Assembly (NCBI GenBank): GCA_902527995.1
Contig: CABZRA010000001.1
Span: forward strand, 20,923-84,922
DNA from: an uncultured SAR86 cluster bacterium
Lineage (GTDB): Bacteria > Pseudomonadota > Gammaproteobacteria > Magnimaribacterales > AG-339-G14
Direction of reading: 5' to 3'
DNA length: 64,000 bases
Shown here piece by piece: positions 8,670 to 17,139 of the stretch (the stretch's first letter is position 1; each line of letters starts with the position of its first letter). The notes beneath the pieces were generated by a model. The model saw nothing but the letters and a program-made list of their open reading frames with translations. It was not told where the DNA came from and made no database searches. Both the position numbers and the translations under genes were made by a program.

Positions 8670-9404
8670 ATGATTGACCTTTATTATGCTCCCACACCAA
8701 ATGGTTGGAAAATTTCCATCATGCTTGAAGAATGTGGGCTTGATTACAACGTTATTTTGGTAAATCTGGGCAAAGGTGATCAATTCACTCCAGAGTTTTT
8801 AGAGATTAGCCCAAATAACCGAATGCCCGTCATTGTTGATCACGACAGAGTAATTGATAAAAAGCCCATTAGTATTTTTGAGTCAGGAGCAATTCTGATG
8901 TACCTCGCAGAAAAGACTGGAAAGTTTTTTCCTCAAACTTCTCCAGAGAAGGAAAGAGTTATGGAATGGTTGTTTTGGCAAGTAGGCGGTCTAGGCCCCA
9001 TGGCTGGCCAAGTCAGTCATTTCGTTAATTACGCACCCAATTTTCCTGGCGATCATTCATATTCTGAAAAAAGATATAAAGATGAATATGATCGTTTACT
9101 AGGAGTAATGGACAGAGTGTTAGATGAAAGAGATTATCTTGCTGGAGATTACTCTATCGCTGATATGGCATCTTTTCCTTGGGTTACAGCATATAAAAGA
9201 TATGAAGTAGATCTTGATTTGTTTTCAAATGTTCGAAGATGGTTTGACGATATTAAATCCAGACCCGCAGTAAGAAAAGGTATCGAAGTAGGTAAAGAAG
9301 TTAGAAATTTTGGCAAAGGTATTTCGAAAGAAAGTTTGAAAACAATGTTTGGACAAGATGCTAAAAGCATTGTAGAGATGGCTAAAGCTAAAGAGAAAAA
9401 ATAG
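8670..9404 (+). CDS. yfcG: Nu-class glutathione S-transferase / disulfide reductase (YfcG-like)
   Basis: MIDLYYAPTPNGWKISIMLEECGLDYNVILVNLGKGDQFTPEFLEISPNNRMPVIVDH is near-colinear with E. coli YfcG as I recall it. I use the ATG at 8670 rather than the GTG at 8631. Confidence 0.85.
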   Translation: MIDLYYAPTPNGWKISIMLEECGLDYNVILVNLGKGDQFTPEFLEISPNNRMPVIVDHDRVIDKKPISIFESGAILMYLAEKTGKFFPQTSPEKERVMEWLFWQVGGLGPMAGQVSHFVNYAPNFPGDHSYSEKRYKDEYDRLLGVMDRVLDERDYLAGDYSIADMASFPWVTAYKRYEVDLDLFSNVRRWFDDIKSRPAVRKGIEVGKEVRNFGKGISKESLKTMFGQDAKSIVEMAKAKEKK

Positions 9405-9407
9405 CTT

Positions 9408-10004
9408 TTAAATTTTATCTGCTAATAATTGGATCCGATCATTTCCAAAATACATATCTACATCGTTTAAAAAAAAGGTAGGCGAGCCAAATCCACCTCG
9501 ATCCATTAAATTTTGTGTATTTTCGATTAGTCTTTGTTTAATTTTTGGATCGTTTATAAATTTAAGGAACTCTTCTGAATTAATTTCAAGACTTTCTACT
9601 ATAGATTTGAGACATTCATCCTCCGCTATATTTTCTCCATCAGTCCAATAAGCTTTAAATACTGCCTCTACATAGGGCTCAATTTTTTTATTTTCAATAA
9701 AATAGAAACAACCTCTCATTGCTTTGACGCTATTAACTGGAAAAATTTTTGGCCAGTTGAATGTTATCCCTCTATATTCTGACCAGTCGGCAAGGTCTTT
9801 TTGTGAGTACTCTAACTTTTCTTTGACTGGATTATTTCTACTCTCGTAAACACTTGGATTTGTAGAATTGAAAATGCCTCCAACCAGAATCGGCTTCCAA
9901 ATTATTTCAAACTCCTTCTGTCTAGCAAGATCAAGTATTCCTCTAAAAGATAAATAAGTCCAAGGACTGCTGCAGTCAAAAAAATATTCCAATTTTTTTT
10001 TCAT
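9408..10004 (-). CDS. DsbA-like thioredoxin-fold protein (2-hydroxychromene-2-carboxylate isomerase / kappa-GST-like)
   Basis: The N-terminal YFFDCSSPWTYLSF motif (D-x-x-SP-x-x-Y) and the ~200-aa size are typical of HCCA-isomerase/kappa-GST proteins. The gene directly abuts the upstream CoA-transferase (10004/10005). Confidence 0.7.
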   Translation of the reverse strand: MKKKLEYFFDCSSPWTYLSFRGILDLARQKEFEIIWKPILVGGIFNSTNPSVYESRNNPVKEKLEYSQKDLADWSEYRGITFNWPKIFPVNSVKAMRGCFYFIENKKIEPYVEAVFKAYWTDGENIAEDECLKSIVESLEINSEEFLKFINDPKIKQRLIENTQNLMDRGGFGSPTFFLNDVDMYFGNDRIQLLADKI

Positions 10005-11231
10005 TTAAAAATCTATAATTCCAGCTTCTTTTAATTCTTTAATATCTTTTTCAGTTTTGCCTAAATCAAATAAAATCTGTTTAGTGTGTTCTCCAAGTTC
10101 TGGACCTTTTTTTGGAGTTTTTTTAATTTCGTCTTTTATAAATATAGGACTGTTTACTGTAAGTGTATCGTCGCCGAACGCTTGATCTTCGTACTTAATT
10201 AATACACCGCTATCAAGAAATTGTTTATCTTCGGCTAAATCTTCTGATTTATTCATAAAACCAAAAGTAACCCCGGAATTTTTTAATTTATCGATTGCAT
10301 CAGAAAGATCAATTTGTATAAAGACGTCCTCCAAGATTTTGTAAAGCTCTTTAAAATTTATATTAAGATTTTTAAAATTTGAAAACTTCTCATTCTTATT
10401 CAAATATTCAAGGTTCATGGCTTCTAGGAATTTTGGCCACTCTTTCGCAGCATCGATAATAGCTAAAAGTAAAAATCTTCCATCTTTAGTTTTATACCTT
10501 CCGCCGAAAGGATGTAATGGAGATTCATCTCGACGGTCTGGAAATTCAGCATCGAATAAACCGGCTTGAATATAGCTGCCATTTGACCATGCTCCATTAG
10601 CCATTAAAGAAGTATAGACTTCTCCACCTTTTCCAGTTTTTTCTCTCCTATATAGGGCGGTCATTATGCTTGCAAATAAAGCTACTCCGCTTGGTTGATC
10701 ACCGATTCCAATTGGAACAAAACCAGGAGAAGAATTTTCAGATGGTCTGACAATATCCATTAATCCACTCCTCGCCCACCAAGCTAATACGTCAAAAGCA
10801 GTTCTATGAGAATCCTCACCGTCTTCACCGTATCCTGTTAGAGATCCGTAAACTAGTCGATCGTTGATCGGAAGCAAATCTTTAGCACGAATCTTTAGTT
10901 TCTCTCTTGTTTTTTCAGGCATATTAGTGACAAATACATCTGAGTTCCTAACTAATTCTTTTAAAATTTCTTGGCCTTTGGACGTATTTAAGTCCAAGGC
11001 TAAACTTTTTTTATTTCTGGAAGTTAAATGCCAGCAATAATCTTTTTCACTTTGCGGGTTAACTCTTCTTGTTCTTAGGATAAGATGCCTTAAACTATCT
11101 CCTACTTTTGGAGGTTCAATTTTTATAACCTCAGCGCCAAAATCAGAGAGTATCGTGGTAGATGATGGACCTGCAATAAAACTTGCAGCGTCAATTACTT
11201 TGATTCCTTTTAAAAGCAAATTTTCAGACAT
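10005..11231 (-). CDS. Family III CoA-transferase (CaiB/BaiF type)
   Basis: LKGIKVIDAASFIAGPSSTTILSDFGAEVIKIEPPKVGD is the canonical N-terminal motif. Central IGIGDQPSG carries the candidate catalytic Asp. Length is ~408 aa. Confidence 0.88.
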   Translation of the reverse strand: MSENLLLKGIKVIDAASFIAGPSSTTILSDFGAEVIKIEPPKVGDSLRHLILRTRRVNPQSEKDYCWHLTSRNKKSLALDLNTSKGQEILKELVRNSDVFVTNMPEKTREKLKIRAKDLLPINDRLVYGSLTGYGEDGEDSHRTAFDVLAWWARSGLMDIVRPSENSSPGFVPIGIGDQPSGVALFASIMTALYRREKTGKGGEVYTSLMANGAWSNGSYIQAGLFDAEFPDRRDESPLHPFGGRYKTKDGRFLLLAIIDAAKEWPKFLEAMNLEYLNKNEKFSNFKNLNINFKELYKILEDVFIQIDLSDAIDKLKNSGVTFGFMNKSEDLAEDKQFLDSGVLIKYEDQAFGDDTLTVNSPIFIKDEIKKTPKKGPELGEHTKQILFDLGKTEKDIKELKEAGIIDF

Positions 11232-11253
11232 AAAAAAATATTAACTTGAAACA

Positions 11254-11283
11254 ATGATATTGACTTTATCTTCGGTCTGTCAA
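11254..11283 (-). promoter_or_regulatory. Possible sigma70 promoter for the CoA-transferase unit
   Basis: The minus strand reads TTGACA-N18-TATCAT in the 56-nt pip/CoA-transferase spacer. The -10 ends ~22 nt before the ATG. Confidence 0.35.
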
Positions 11284-11287
11284 TCTT

Positions 11288-12250
11288 CTAGTTTTTTGAA
11301 AATTTATCAGTGGTTTCAACCAATAATTTAGAAATTTCTTTTTCAAAAGCAGAGTGTCCAGAAAAAGGAGCAATTTTTAGTTCAGATTCAGGCCAACGCC
11401 TGTGTAATTCGTAAGCTGTTGTAGGAGGACAAACTACATCGTATCTACCCTGGACAATTACTGAAGGTATATGCCTGATAAGATCGACATTATCCAAGAG
11501 TTGGTTTTCATGATCTAAGAAACCATTGTTCACAAAATAGTGGTTTTCTATTTGAGCAAAGGCCAGAGCAAACTCAGCATTATCAGAATCTTTTATGGCT
11601 TCAGGATTATGATTGATAAAACTCGCTGATGCCTCCCATTTTGACCAAGCTTTTGCTGCGGACAATTTTTTCTCTTCATCATCTCCATTAAAAATTTTTC
11701 GGTAAGCTTCAATTAAATCTGAATGTTCTGTCTTAGGTATTTCATTTAAAAAGCCTTGCCAAGCCTCAGGATACATCTCGCTGGCTCCATATTGATAGAA
11801 CCATTTCAGTTCTTTTTCTCTCAACATGAAAATGCCTCTGAGTACAAGTTCTGAAACGTACTCTGGATGTTTTTGCGCATATGCCAAAGCAAGAGTACTG
11901 CCCCAAGATCCTCCAAATACCAACCATCTCTCTATTTCTAATTTTTTTCTAATTAATTCTATATCTTGTACTAAATGCCAAGTGGTATTATCTTCCAAGC
12001 AAGTATGAGGTTTACTCTTACCACAGCCCCTTTGATCAAAGAGAACGATTCTGTATTTTCTAGGATTAAAAAATCTTCTTGAAAATTTTCCAGCACCACC
12101 ACCCGGACCACCATGCAAGAAGACTGCGGGCTTTCCTTTTGGGTTACCACATTCTTCATAATAAATTTCATGAACTCCACTTTTGATAAAACCCGAGTTG
12201 TAGGGTTCTATAGCGGGGTAGAGAATTTGTTTTTTCTTGAAAAATTTCAT
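11288..12250 (-). CDS. pip: Proline iminopeptidase
   Basis: YYEECGNPKGKPAVFLHGGPGGG, RIVLFDQRGCGKS and the GGSWGSTLAL nucleophile elbow. Confidence 0.92.
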   Translation of the reverse strand: MKFFKKKQILYPAIEPYNSGFIKSGVHEIYYEECGNPKGKPAVFLHGGPGGGAGKFSRRFFNPRKYRIVLFDQRGCGKSKPHTCLEDNTTWHLVQDIELIRKKLEIERWLVFGGSWGSTLALAYAQKHPEYVSELVLRGIFMLREKELKWFYQYGASEMYPEAWQGFLNEIPKTEHSDLIEAYRKIFNGDDEEKKLSAAKAWSKWEASASFINHNPEAIKDSDNAEFALAFAQIENHYFVNNGFLDHENQLLDNVDLIRHIPSVIVQGRYDVVCPPTTAYELHRRWPESELKIAPFSGHSAFEKEISKLLVETTDKFSKN

Positions 12251-12276
12251 AAAAATTTACTTTTTTCTCTGAAAGG

Positions 12277-12349
12277 TGCCCAGAGGCGGGATCGAACCAC
12301 CGACACAAGGATTTTCAGTCCTTTGCTCTACCAACTGAGCTATCTGGGC
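12277..12349 (-). tRNA. tRNA-Phe (anticodon GAA)
   Basis: The reverse complement folds as a cloverleaf: GCCCAGA TA GCTC AGTTGGTA GAGC A AAGGA CTGAAAA TCCTT GTGTC GGTGG TTCGATC CCGCC TCTGGGC A. It is very close to E. coli tRNA-Phe. Genomically only CC follows the discriminator, so the 3' A of CCA is not encoded. Confidence 0.95.
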
Positions 12350-12433
12350 TTGGAAAAGAAATTATATTAGAAGAATCGTCTTTGATGCGCAATCAATTTA
12401 AAATATAGGAATAAATTTTAAGGAAAAAATTCT

Positions 12434-14428
12434 ATGGTGACTGAGAAACTTAAATGGGGTTTGATAGCAAACGGTGCTATCGCGAATGCTTTCGCCAACT
12501 CTATTAAGAATTCTGAAACTTCAGAGCTCAAATCGGTATTTGGACGAAGTAAATCTAAAGTAGAAGCCTTTGCTAAAAAACATAAAATAATTCCTTTCAA
12601 TGATCTCGATAATTTTTTAGACAGCGATTTAGAAGCTGTGTATGTCGCAACTCCTCATGATTCGCATTTCAATTATTCCCTTAAATGCATTCGTCAAAAT
12701 CTACACGTTTTGTGTGAAAAACCTTTAACCATAAATTCTTCTGAATCAATGATTTTGATAAATGAAGCACAAAAGAGAAATGTTTTTCTGATGGAGGCAT
12801 TTATGTACAGATGTCACCCTCAAACATTTAAGGTTTTAGAATTAATTGAGAAACATTTTTTAAATAAGGAAGTAAAAATGCAAAGTTCCTTTGGTTTCTC
12901 AGCAAACGTATCAAAAGAACATAGGCTGAGAAATCTTTGTCTAGCAGGCGGGGCAATTCTCGATGTTGGTTGTTATCCTCTTTCGATGGTGCGATTAATA
13001 TCTGGTAGGTTAAAGAATTTACCTTTTGCAGATCCTTTAGAAATAGTTGTGGAGGGAGAGTTAGATGAAACAGGAGTGGACGCTAAGTCTACGGCGACAG
13101 TAAATTTTTCTGATGGCATTTCTGCCGAAATTAAAACCGCTATTCAAGAAGAGTATAAAAACAATCTTATTGTGGAAGCAGATAATTTAAGACTAGAAAT
13201 CTCCGATCCTTGGCACTGCGGTCAATTTAATAATGGAAAGTCTTTAATTAAGCTTTCAAATAATGGAAAAGACGAATTTTTTGAAATTACAGACGAAGTT
13301 GGTTTGTTTACAAGAGAAATAGATGAAGCTGCTAATTGCATTAAAGAAAATAAATTTGAGTCTCCCTTGATGTCGCATAAAGATACCTTAGGAAATATTT
13401 TATGGTTGGAAAAATGGTATTCAAAACTTGGAATAAAATTCCCCAATAATGAAATCAAGAATTCGGCTATCAAAGATTTAGACTTTAATTTGAACTCAAA
13501 CAAGCATCACAAATTATTTTCTATTTCAGGAAAGTTAGCTCCGAGAATTGTTTTTGGATGTGATAATCAAATATCAGAACTGCATGCATTTTGTATGTTT
13601 GAGCATTTTTATCAGCAGGGCGGGAGAATATTTGATACGGCATATATTTACAATAATGGTCTTTCCGACGGATACCTTGGTGCATGGATAAACGAACGTG
13701 ATTTAAAGGATGAAGTAATAATTTTAGGAAAGGGAGTACACACACCTGATTGTGAGCCAGAAAATATAAAACCACAATTAGAAGAATCTCTTAATCGCAT
13801 GAATTTAGATAGGTTGGATATATATTGTTTACATAGAGACAATCCTGACATCCCAGTTGAAGAGTTCATCGATGAATTGAATAAGTTGCAATCATCTGGT
13901 CTTTTTACATTATTCGGAGCTTCTAATTGGACTTTGGAAAGATTTAGGAAAGCTAACGAGTATGCCGCTAAAAATAATAAGGAAGGATTTAAAGTATTAA
14001 GTAACAACTTCAGTTTAGCAAAAATGAACAAACCAGTTTGGCCTGGATGTGTGAGTTGTGATGAAAAGTATTTAGATTATTTAGTGTCAAATAACATCTA
14101 CTTATTTCCCTGGTCTAGCCAAGCCAGAGGTTTTTTTGTTCAACAAGAATTATTCCCAAAATTTATTCACGGAGCAAATCCAACTTTAGAGGAAGAAACT
14201 AGAGTATGGCATAGTAAAGATAATTTAGATCGAAGAAAAAGATGTTTCGAGTTGTCTGAGAAGCTGAATTGTTCCCCTGTAGAGTTAGCTTTGGCATATG
14301 TTATTAATCGAAATGAATATATATTTCCCTTGATAGGCCCAAGAAATTTGTTTGAATCTGAAAGTTGTATGAAAGCTTTAAGAATTAATCTTAATCAAGA
14401 GCAAATACATTTTCTTATGGAAGGGTAA
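12434..14428 (+). CDS. Two-domain oxidoreductase: N-terminal Gfo/Idh/MocA dehydrogenase fused to C-terminal aldo-keto reductase
   Basis: N-terminal half: KWGLIANGAIANAF Rossmann start, VYVATPHDSH and the LCEKPL motif. C-terminal half (from ~aa 370): GGRIFDTAYIYNNG (Asp/Tyr), ILGKG (Lys), DIYCLHRDN (His) and FGASNW. It is a single uninterrupted 664-aa ORF. Confidence 0.85.
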   Translation: MVTEKLKWGLIANGAIANAFANSIKNSETSELKSVFGRSKSKVEAFAKKHKIIPFNDLDNFLDSDLEAVYVATPHDSHFNYSLKCIRQNLHVLCEKPLTINSSESMILINEAQKRNVFLMEAFMYRCHPQTFKVLELIEKHFLNKEVKMQSSFGFSANVSKEHRLRNLCLAGGAILDVGCYPLSMVRLISGRLKNLPFADPLEIVVEGELDETGVDAKSTATVNFSDGISAEIKTAIQEEYKNNLIVEADNLRLEISDPWHCGQFNNGKSLIKLSNNGKDEFFEITDEVGLFTREIDEAANCIKENKFESPLMSHKDTLGNILWLEKWYSKLGIKFPNNEIKNSAIKDLDFNLNSNKHHKLFSISGKLAPRIVFGCDNQISELHAFCMFEHFYQQGGRIFDTAYIYNNGLSDGYLGAWINERDLKDEVIILGKGVHTPDCEPENIKPQLEESLNRMNLDRLDIYCLHRDNPDIPVEEFIDELNKLQSSGLFTLFGASNWTLERFRKANEYAAKNNKEGFKVLSNNFSLAKMNKPVWPGCVSCDEKYLDYLVSNNIYLFPWSSQARGFFVQQELFPKFIHGANPTLEEETRVWHSKDNLDRRKRCFELSEKLNCSPVELALAYVINRNEYIFPLIGPRNLFESESCMKALRINLNQEQIHFLMEG

Positions 14429-14432
14429 ATTT

Positions 14433-16856
14433 TTACCAAGAAATTTTATCTTTTAATAGAATTTTGTCTGAAGAGGAACCAATCAATATTTCGTGATCTC
14501 CTTTTTTTATTTTCCAGCTTTTTGAAGAGACGTCCCAATAAGAAAAATTTCTTTTATTAAGTTTTAATTTAATACGCTTAGTTTGTCCTTTCTTTAATTT
14601 GATTTTCTTGAAATTTTGCAAGGTCTTAATGGGTTCCTCTTCATCTGTTATTGGACTGCCTATATAACATTGAATAATCTCCTTTCCGTCAAATTTACCA
14701 ATATTTGAAACTTCAAAACTATATAAAATCTTTCCAGCCTCATTTTCAACTTTTAAATTTTTATACTCATAATTAGTGTAAGAAAGACCATGACCAAATG
14801 GGAATAACGGTTTAATTTCTTTTTTTTCATACCATCGGTGCCCGATTAATAATTTCTCTTCATAATTCATTTGAGAATTTTCACCGGGATAAGATGAAAA
14901 AGCTGGGGTGTCTTCAATTTTATTAGGAAAGGAAGTGGGCAGTTTCCCGGAAGGATTTGTTTTTCCAAATATGATATCCATTAAAGCGTTTCCATATTCT
15001 TGACCGCCAAACCATGATTGGATTATAGCTCTAGGTTTCTCAGACCAAGACATACTCACTGGAGCTCCGGTGTTTAAAACCACAACACAATTAGAATTAA
15101 TATCGGTAATTTGGTTAATTAGCTCATCCTGATTACATGGCAATTCAAGATTTTTTCTATCATTACCTTCAGTTTCCCAATCGGAATTAGTTCCTGCAAC
15201 TACAATTAAGATATCTGCTGACTCAGCTAATTTTTTTGCTTCATCTAATAAATTCAATTTATCAGGTGGTAGGCAGCCAAATTGAACTGCAGGAAATCTA
15301 CCCTCAAAGGAGTAAACTATCTCAATTAGATACTTTTTGTTTTTTTCTAAGGTTTGCTTAGTTTTTTTAGGTTCGCTACCAAAAGAAAAGAAAGCTTCTC
15401 CAGGCATAATGTCGTTTGCATTATCAATTATTTCCTCACCATCAATTTTCATAAAACATGGTCCAATTCCAAATACTTCGAATTCATGGATACCTTGTAC
15501 GTCCGGGACATATTCACATGAAAACCTTACTTTTATATTGGGTCTTTCTTCTCGATTGATAATATCTTTTGCAAAACCGTCAAAAACCCAGAATTTATTA
15601 CCTTTGAGTATTTCTGTCTTGAGAAGGTTTGATTGTTTTATATCGCTGTCAAAATATTCAACCTTAAATCCTTTGGGATCAATAAATAAAGATTCATCAA
15701 ACTTTGGGAGGTATTTATGAGTATGAGCACCTTTCGCATACGAAATATTTTTATCTTTTACGTGCTCTTTTAATGCTTCGAGGGGATGAACTTGATAGTG
15801 AGGTTTTAGGCTTGCACTTCCACCTCCAATGATTTGACTTACTTTTGCATTAGGACCTATAACAGCGATTGTTTTATTTTCATAACTTGTTAAGGGCAAA
15901 AAGTTTTCATTTTTTAACAACACCATGCCTTCGCTAGCACATTTTCTCAATAGCTTTCTATGAGGCTTTCTGTTGCTTTCTTTTTCGGGTCTATTCTCTG
16001 GAGCCTGAATTCTTCCAGTAAATTCCATTGTTGCTAAGATCCTTCTAACTTTGTCATCAATTAGTTCTTGGGATACCTTATTTTTTTCAACAGCTTCTTT
16101 TAGCTTTTCTCCCCATGTGTGTCCTGGGCCAGGCATTTCCATGTCTAAACCACCCTTTGCATTTTCAACAGTTTCTAAAGCAGCTCCCCAATCACTTACA
16201 ACATATCCATCAAAACCCCATTCTTTTTTTAAGATATTTGTTAACAATTCTTGATGAGAACTACAGTAAATATTATTTAGTTTGTTATATGCTGACATTA
16301 CAGACTTAGCTTTGGCTTTTTTAACACCCATTTCAAATGGTAAAAGATATACTTCTCTTAACGTTCTTTCATCTAAGTTAGAACTTACTGTGTGTCTTTC
16401 AAATTCTGTATCATTGGCAACAAAGTGTTTAAGGCAAGCTGAAACTTTTTTTGATTGAACGCCTTTGACATAAGACACAGCTATTTTTCCAGCTAAGATT
16501 GGATCCTCAGAAAAATTCTCAAAATGCCTTCCTCCCAAAGGATGTCTATGAAGATTTATAGTCGGCCCAAGAAGAACGTCTACATCTTTATCTAAAGCTT
16601 CTTCGCCTAACGCAGTTCCAATTTTTTTAATTAATTTTTTATTCCATGTAGATCCCATCGAGATAGGACAAGGGAAGCAGGCGGAGCTTTTACCAGATGT
16701 AGAATCACCTCTCACACCATTGGGTCCGTCAGACATTTTTATGCTTGGGATCCTAAGCCTTGGTATTTTGTTGGAATACCATGAATTGAAACCAGTTAAC
16801 AGGGAAATTTTTTCCTCCAAGCTGAGTTTTTCTATTAATGTATTTACATCAAGCAT
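14433..16856 (-). CDS. GH3 beta-glucosidase with inserted PA14 domain
   Basis: SDGPNGVR and the GFDGYVVSDWGA nucleophile motif. A PA14-like insertion runs FKVEYFDSD...VRFSCEYVPDVQGIHEFEVFGIGPCFMKIDGEEIID...YLIEIVYSFEG. A fibronectin-like C-terminus follows. There is no signal peptide. Confidence 0.9.
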   Translation of the reverse strand: MLDVNTLIEKLSLEEKISLLTGFNSWYSNKIPRLRIPSIKMSDGPNGVRGDSTSGKSSACFPCPISMGSTWNKKLIKKIGTALGEEALDKDVDVLLGPTINLHRHPLGGRHFENFSEDPILAGKIAVSYVKGVQSKKVSACLKHFVANDTEFERHTVSSNLDERTLREVYLLPFEMGVKKAKAKSVMSAYNKLNNIYCSSHQELLTNILKKEWGFDGYVVSDWGAALETVENAKGGLDMEMPGPGHTWGEKLKEAVEKNKVSQELIDDKVRRILATMEFTGRIQAPENRPEKESNRKPHRKLLRKCASEGMVLLKNENFLPLTSYENKTIAVIGPNAKVSQIIGGGSASLKPHYQVHPLEALKEHVKDKNISYAKGAHTHKYLPKFDESLFIDPKGFKVEYFDSDIKQSNLLKTEILKGNKFWVFDGFAKDIINREERPNIKVRFSCEYVPDVQGIHEFEVFGIGPCFMKIDGEEIIDNANDIMPGEAFFSFGSEPKKTKQTLEKNKKYLIEIVYSFEGRFPAVQFGCLPPDKLNLLDEAKKLAESADILIVVAGTNSDWETEGNDRKNLELPCNQDELINQITDINSNCVVVLNTGAPVSMSWSEKPRAIIQSWFGGQEYGNALMDIIFGKTNPSGKLPTSFPNKIEDTPAFSSYPGENSQMNYEEKLLIGHRWYEKKEIKPLFPFGHGLSYTNYEYKNLKVENEAGKILYSFEVSNIGKFDGKEIIQCYIGSPITDEEEPIKTLQNFKKIKLKKGQTKRIKLKLNKRNFSYWDVSSKSWKIKKGDHEILIGSSSDKILLKDKISW

Positions 16857-16872
16857 GAGATTAACTCGAACT

Positions 16873-17139
16873 TTAAATTTCTGTAAAACCTAAAGCTGTA
16901 TCGTGATCTTTATTATCTAAAAATAATTCAAGCTGAGTATTAAGATAATTTCTGTCATCTTTCTTTGAAAGGTCTAATTGCTTCTCATTTATTAGTGTCG
17001 TTTGAAGAATAACCCATTCATCCCAAGCTTTCTTAGAAACAGAGTTGAAAAGTTCTTCGCCTTTTGGCCCGGGATAGGGAGGTCTGACCATTTTTGGTAA
17101 GTCCTCTTTAAATTTTCTACAAAATACTGTTTCACTCAT
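16873..17139 (-). CDS. yggX: Fe(II)-trafficking / oxidative-damage protection protein YggX
   Basis: MSETVFCRKF...YPG..GEELFNSVSKKAWDEWVILQTTLINEKQLD matches the YggX pattern. ATGA overlap with the mutY stop, the conserved mutY-yggX pair. Confidence 0.9.
   Translation of the reverse strand: MSETVFCRKFKEDLPKMVRPPYPGPKGEELFNSVSKKAWDEWVILQTTLINEKQLDLSKKDDRNYLNTQLELFLDNKDHDTALGFTEI

Noticed and set aside
8637-8783. N-terminal extensions in the ORF track: the OMP from 8783 and the GST from the GTG at 8631. These would make the two divergent genes overlap by ~150 nt
   Set aside because: The internal ATGs give a proper signal peptide (MHSPVKF...) for the OMP and an N-terminus colinear with YfcG (MIDLYYAP...) for the GST. 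The extensions have no homology-like features.
11255-11284. Inverted repeat ATTGAC-N14-GTCAAT in the pip/CoA-transferase spacer, as a possible operator or terminator
   Set aside because: It has only a 6-bp AT-rich stem with a large loop. The same sequence is better explained as the TTGACA -35 box of a promoter, which is reported as a low-confidence feature.
12113-12370. 85-aa plus-strand ORF spanning the pip 5' end and the tRNA-Phe gene
   Set aside because: It reads straight through the antisense of a bona fide tRNA and the pip start region, so it is spurious.
13222-14031. Antisense ORFs of 93, 84 and 127 aa inside the oxidoreductase fusion; similar 127-aa (15337-15720), 114-aa (36277-36621), 109-aa (43084-43413), 101-aa (17889-18194), 100-aa (29071-29373) and 96-aa (61019-61309) ORFs opposite GH3, spoT, MFS, mutY, ubiA and purD
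   Set aside because: All are embedded opposite confidently identified genes. Their translations are low-complexity with no motifs, which is typical of shadow ORFs.
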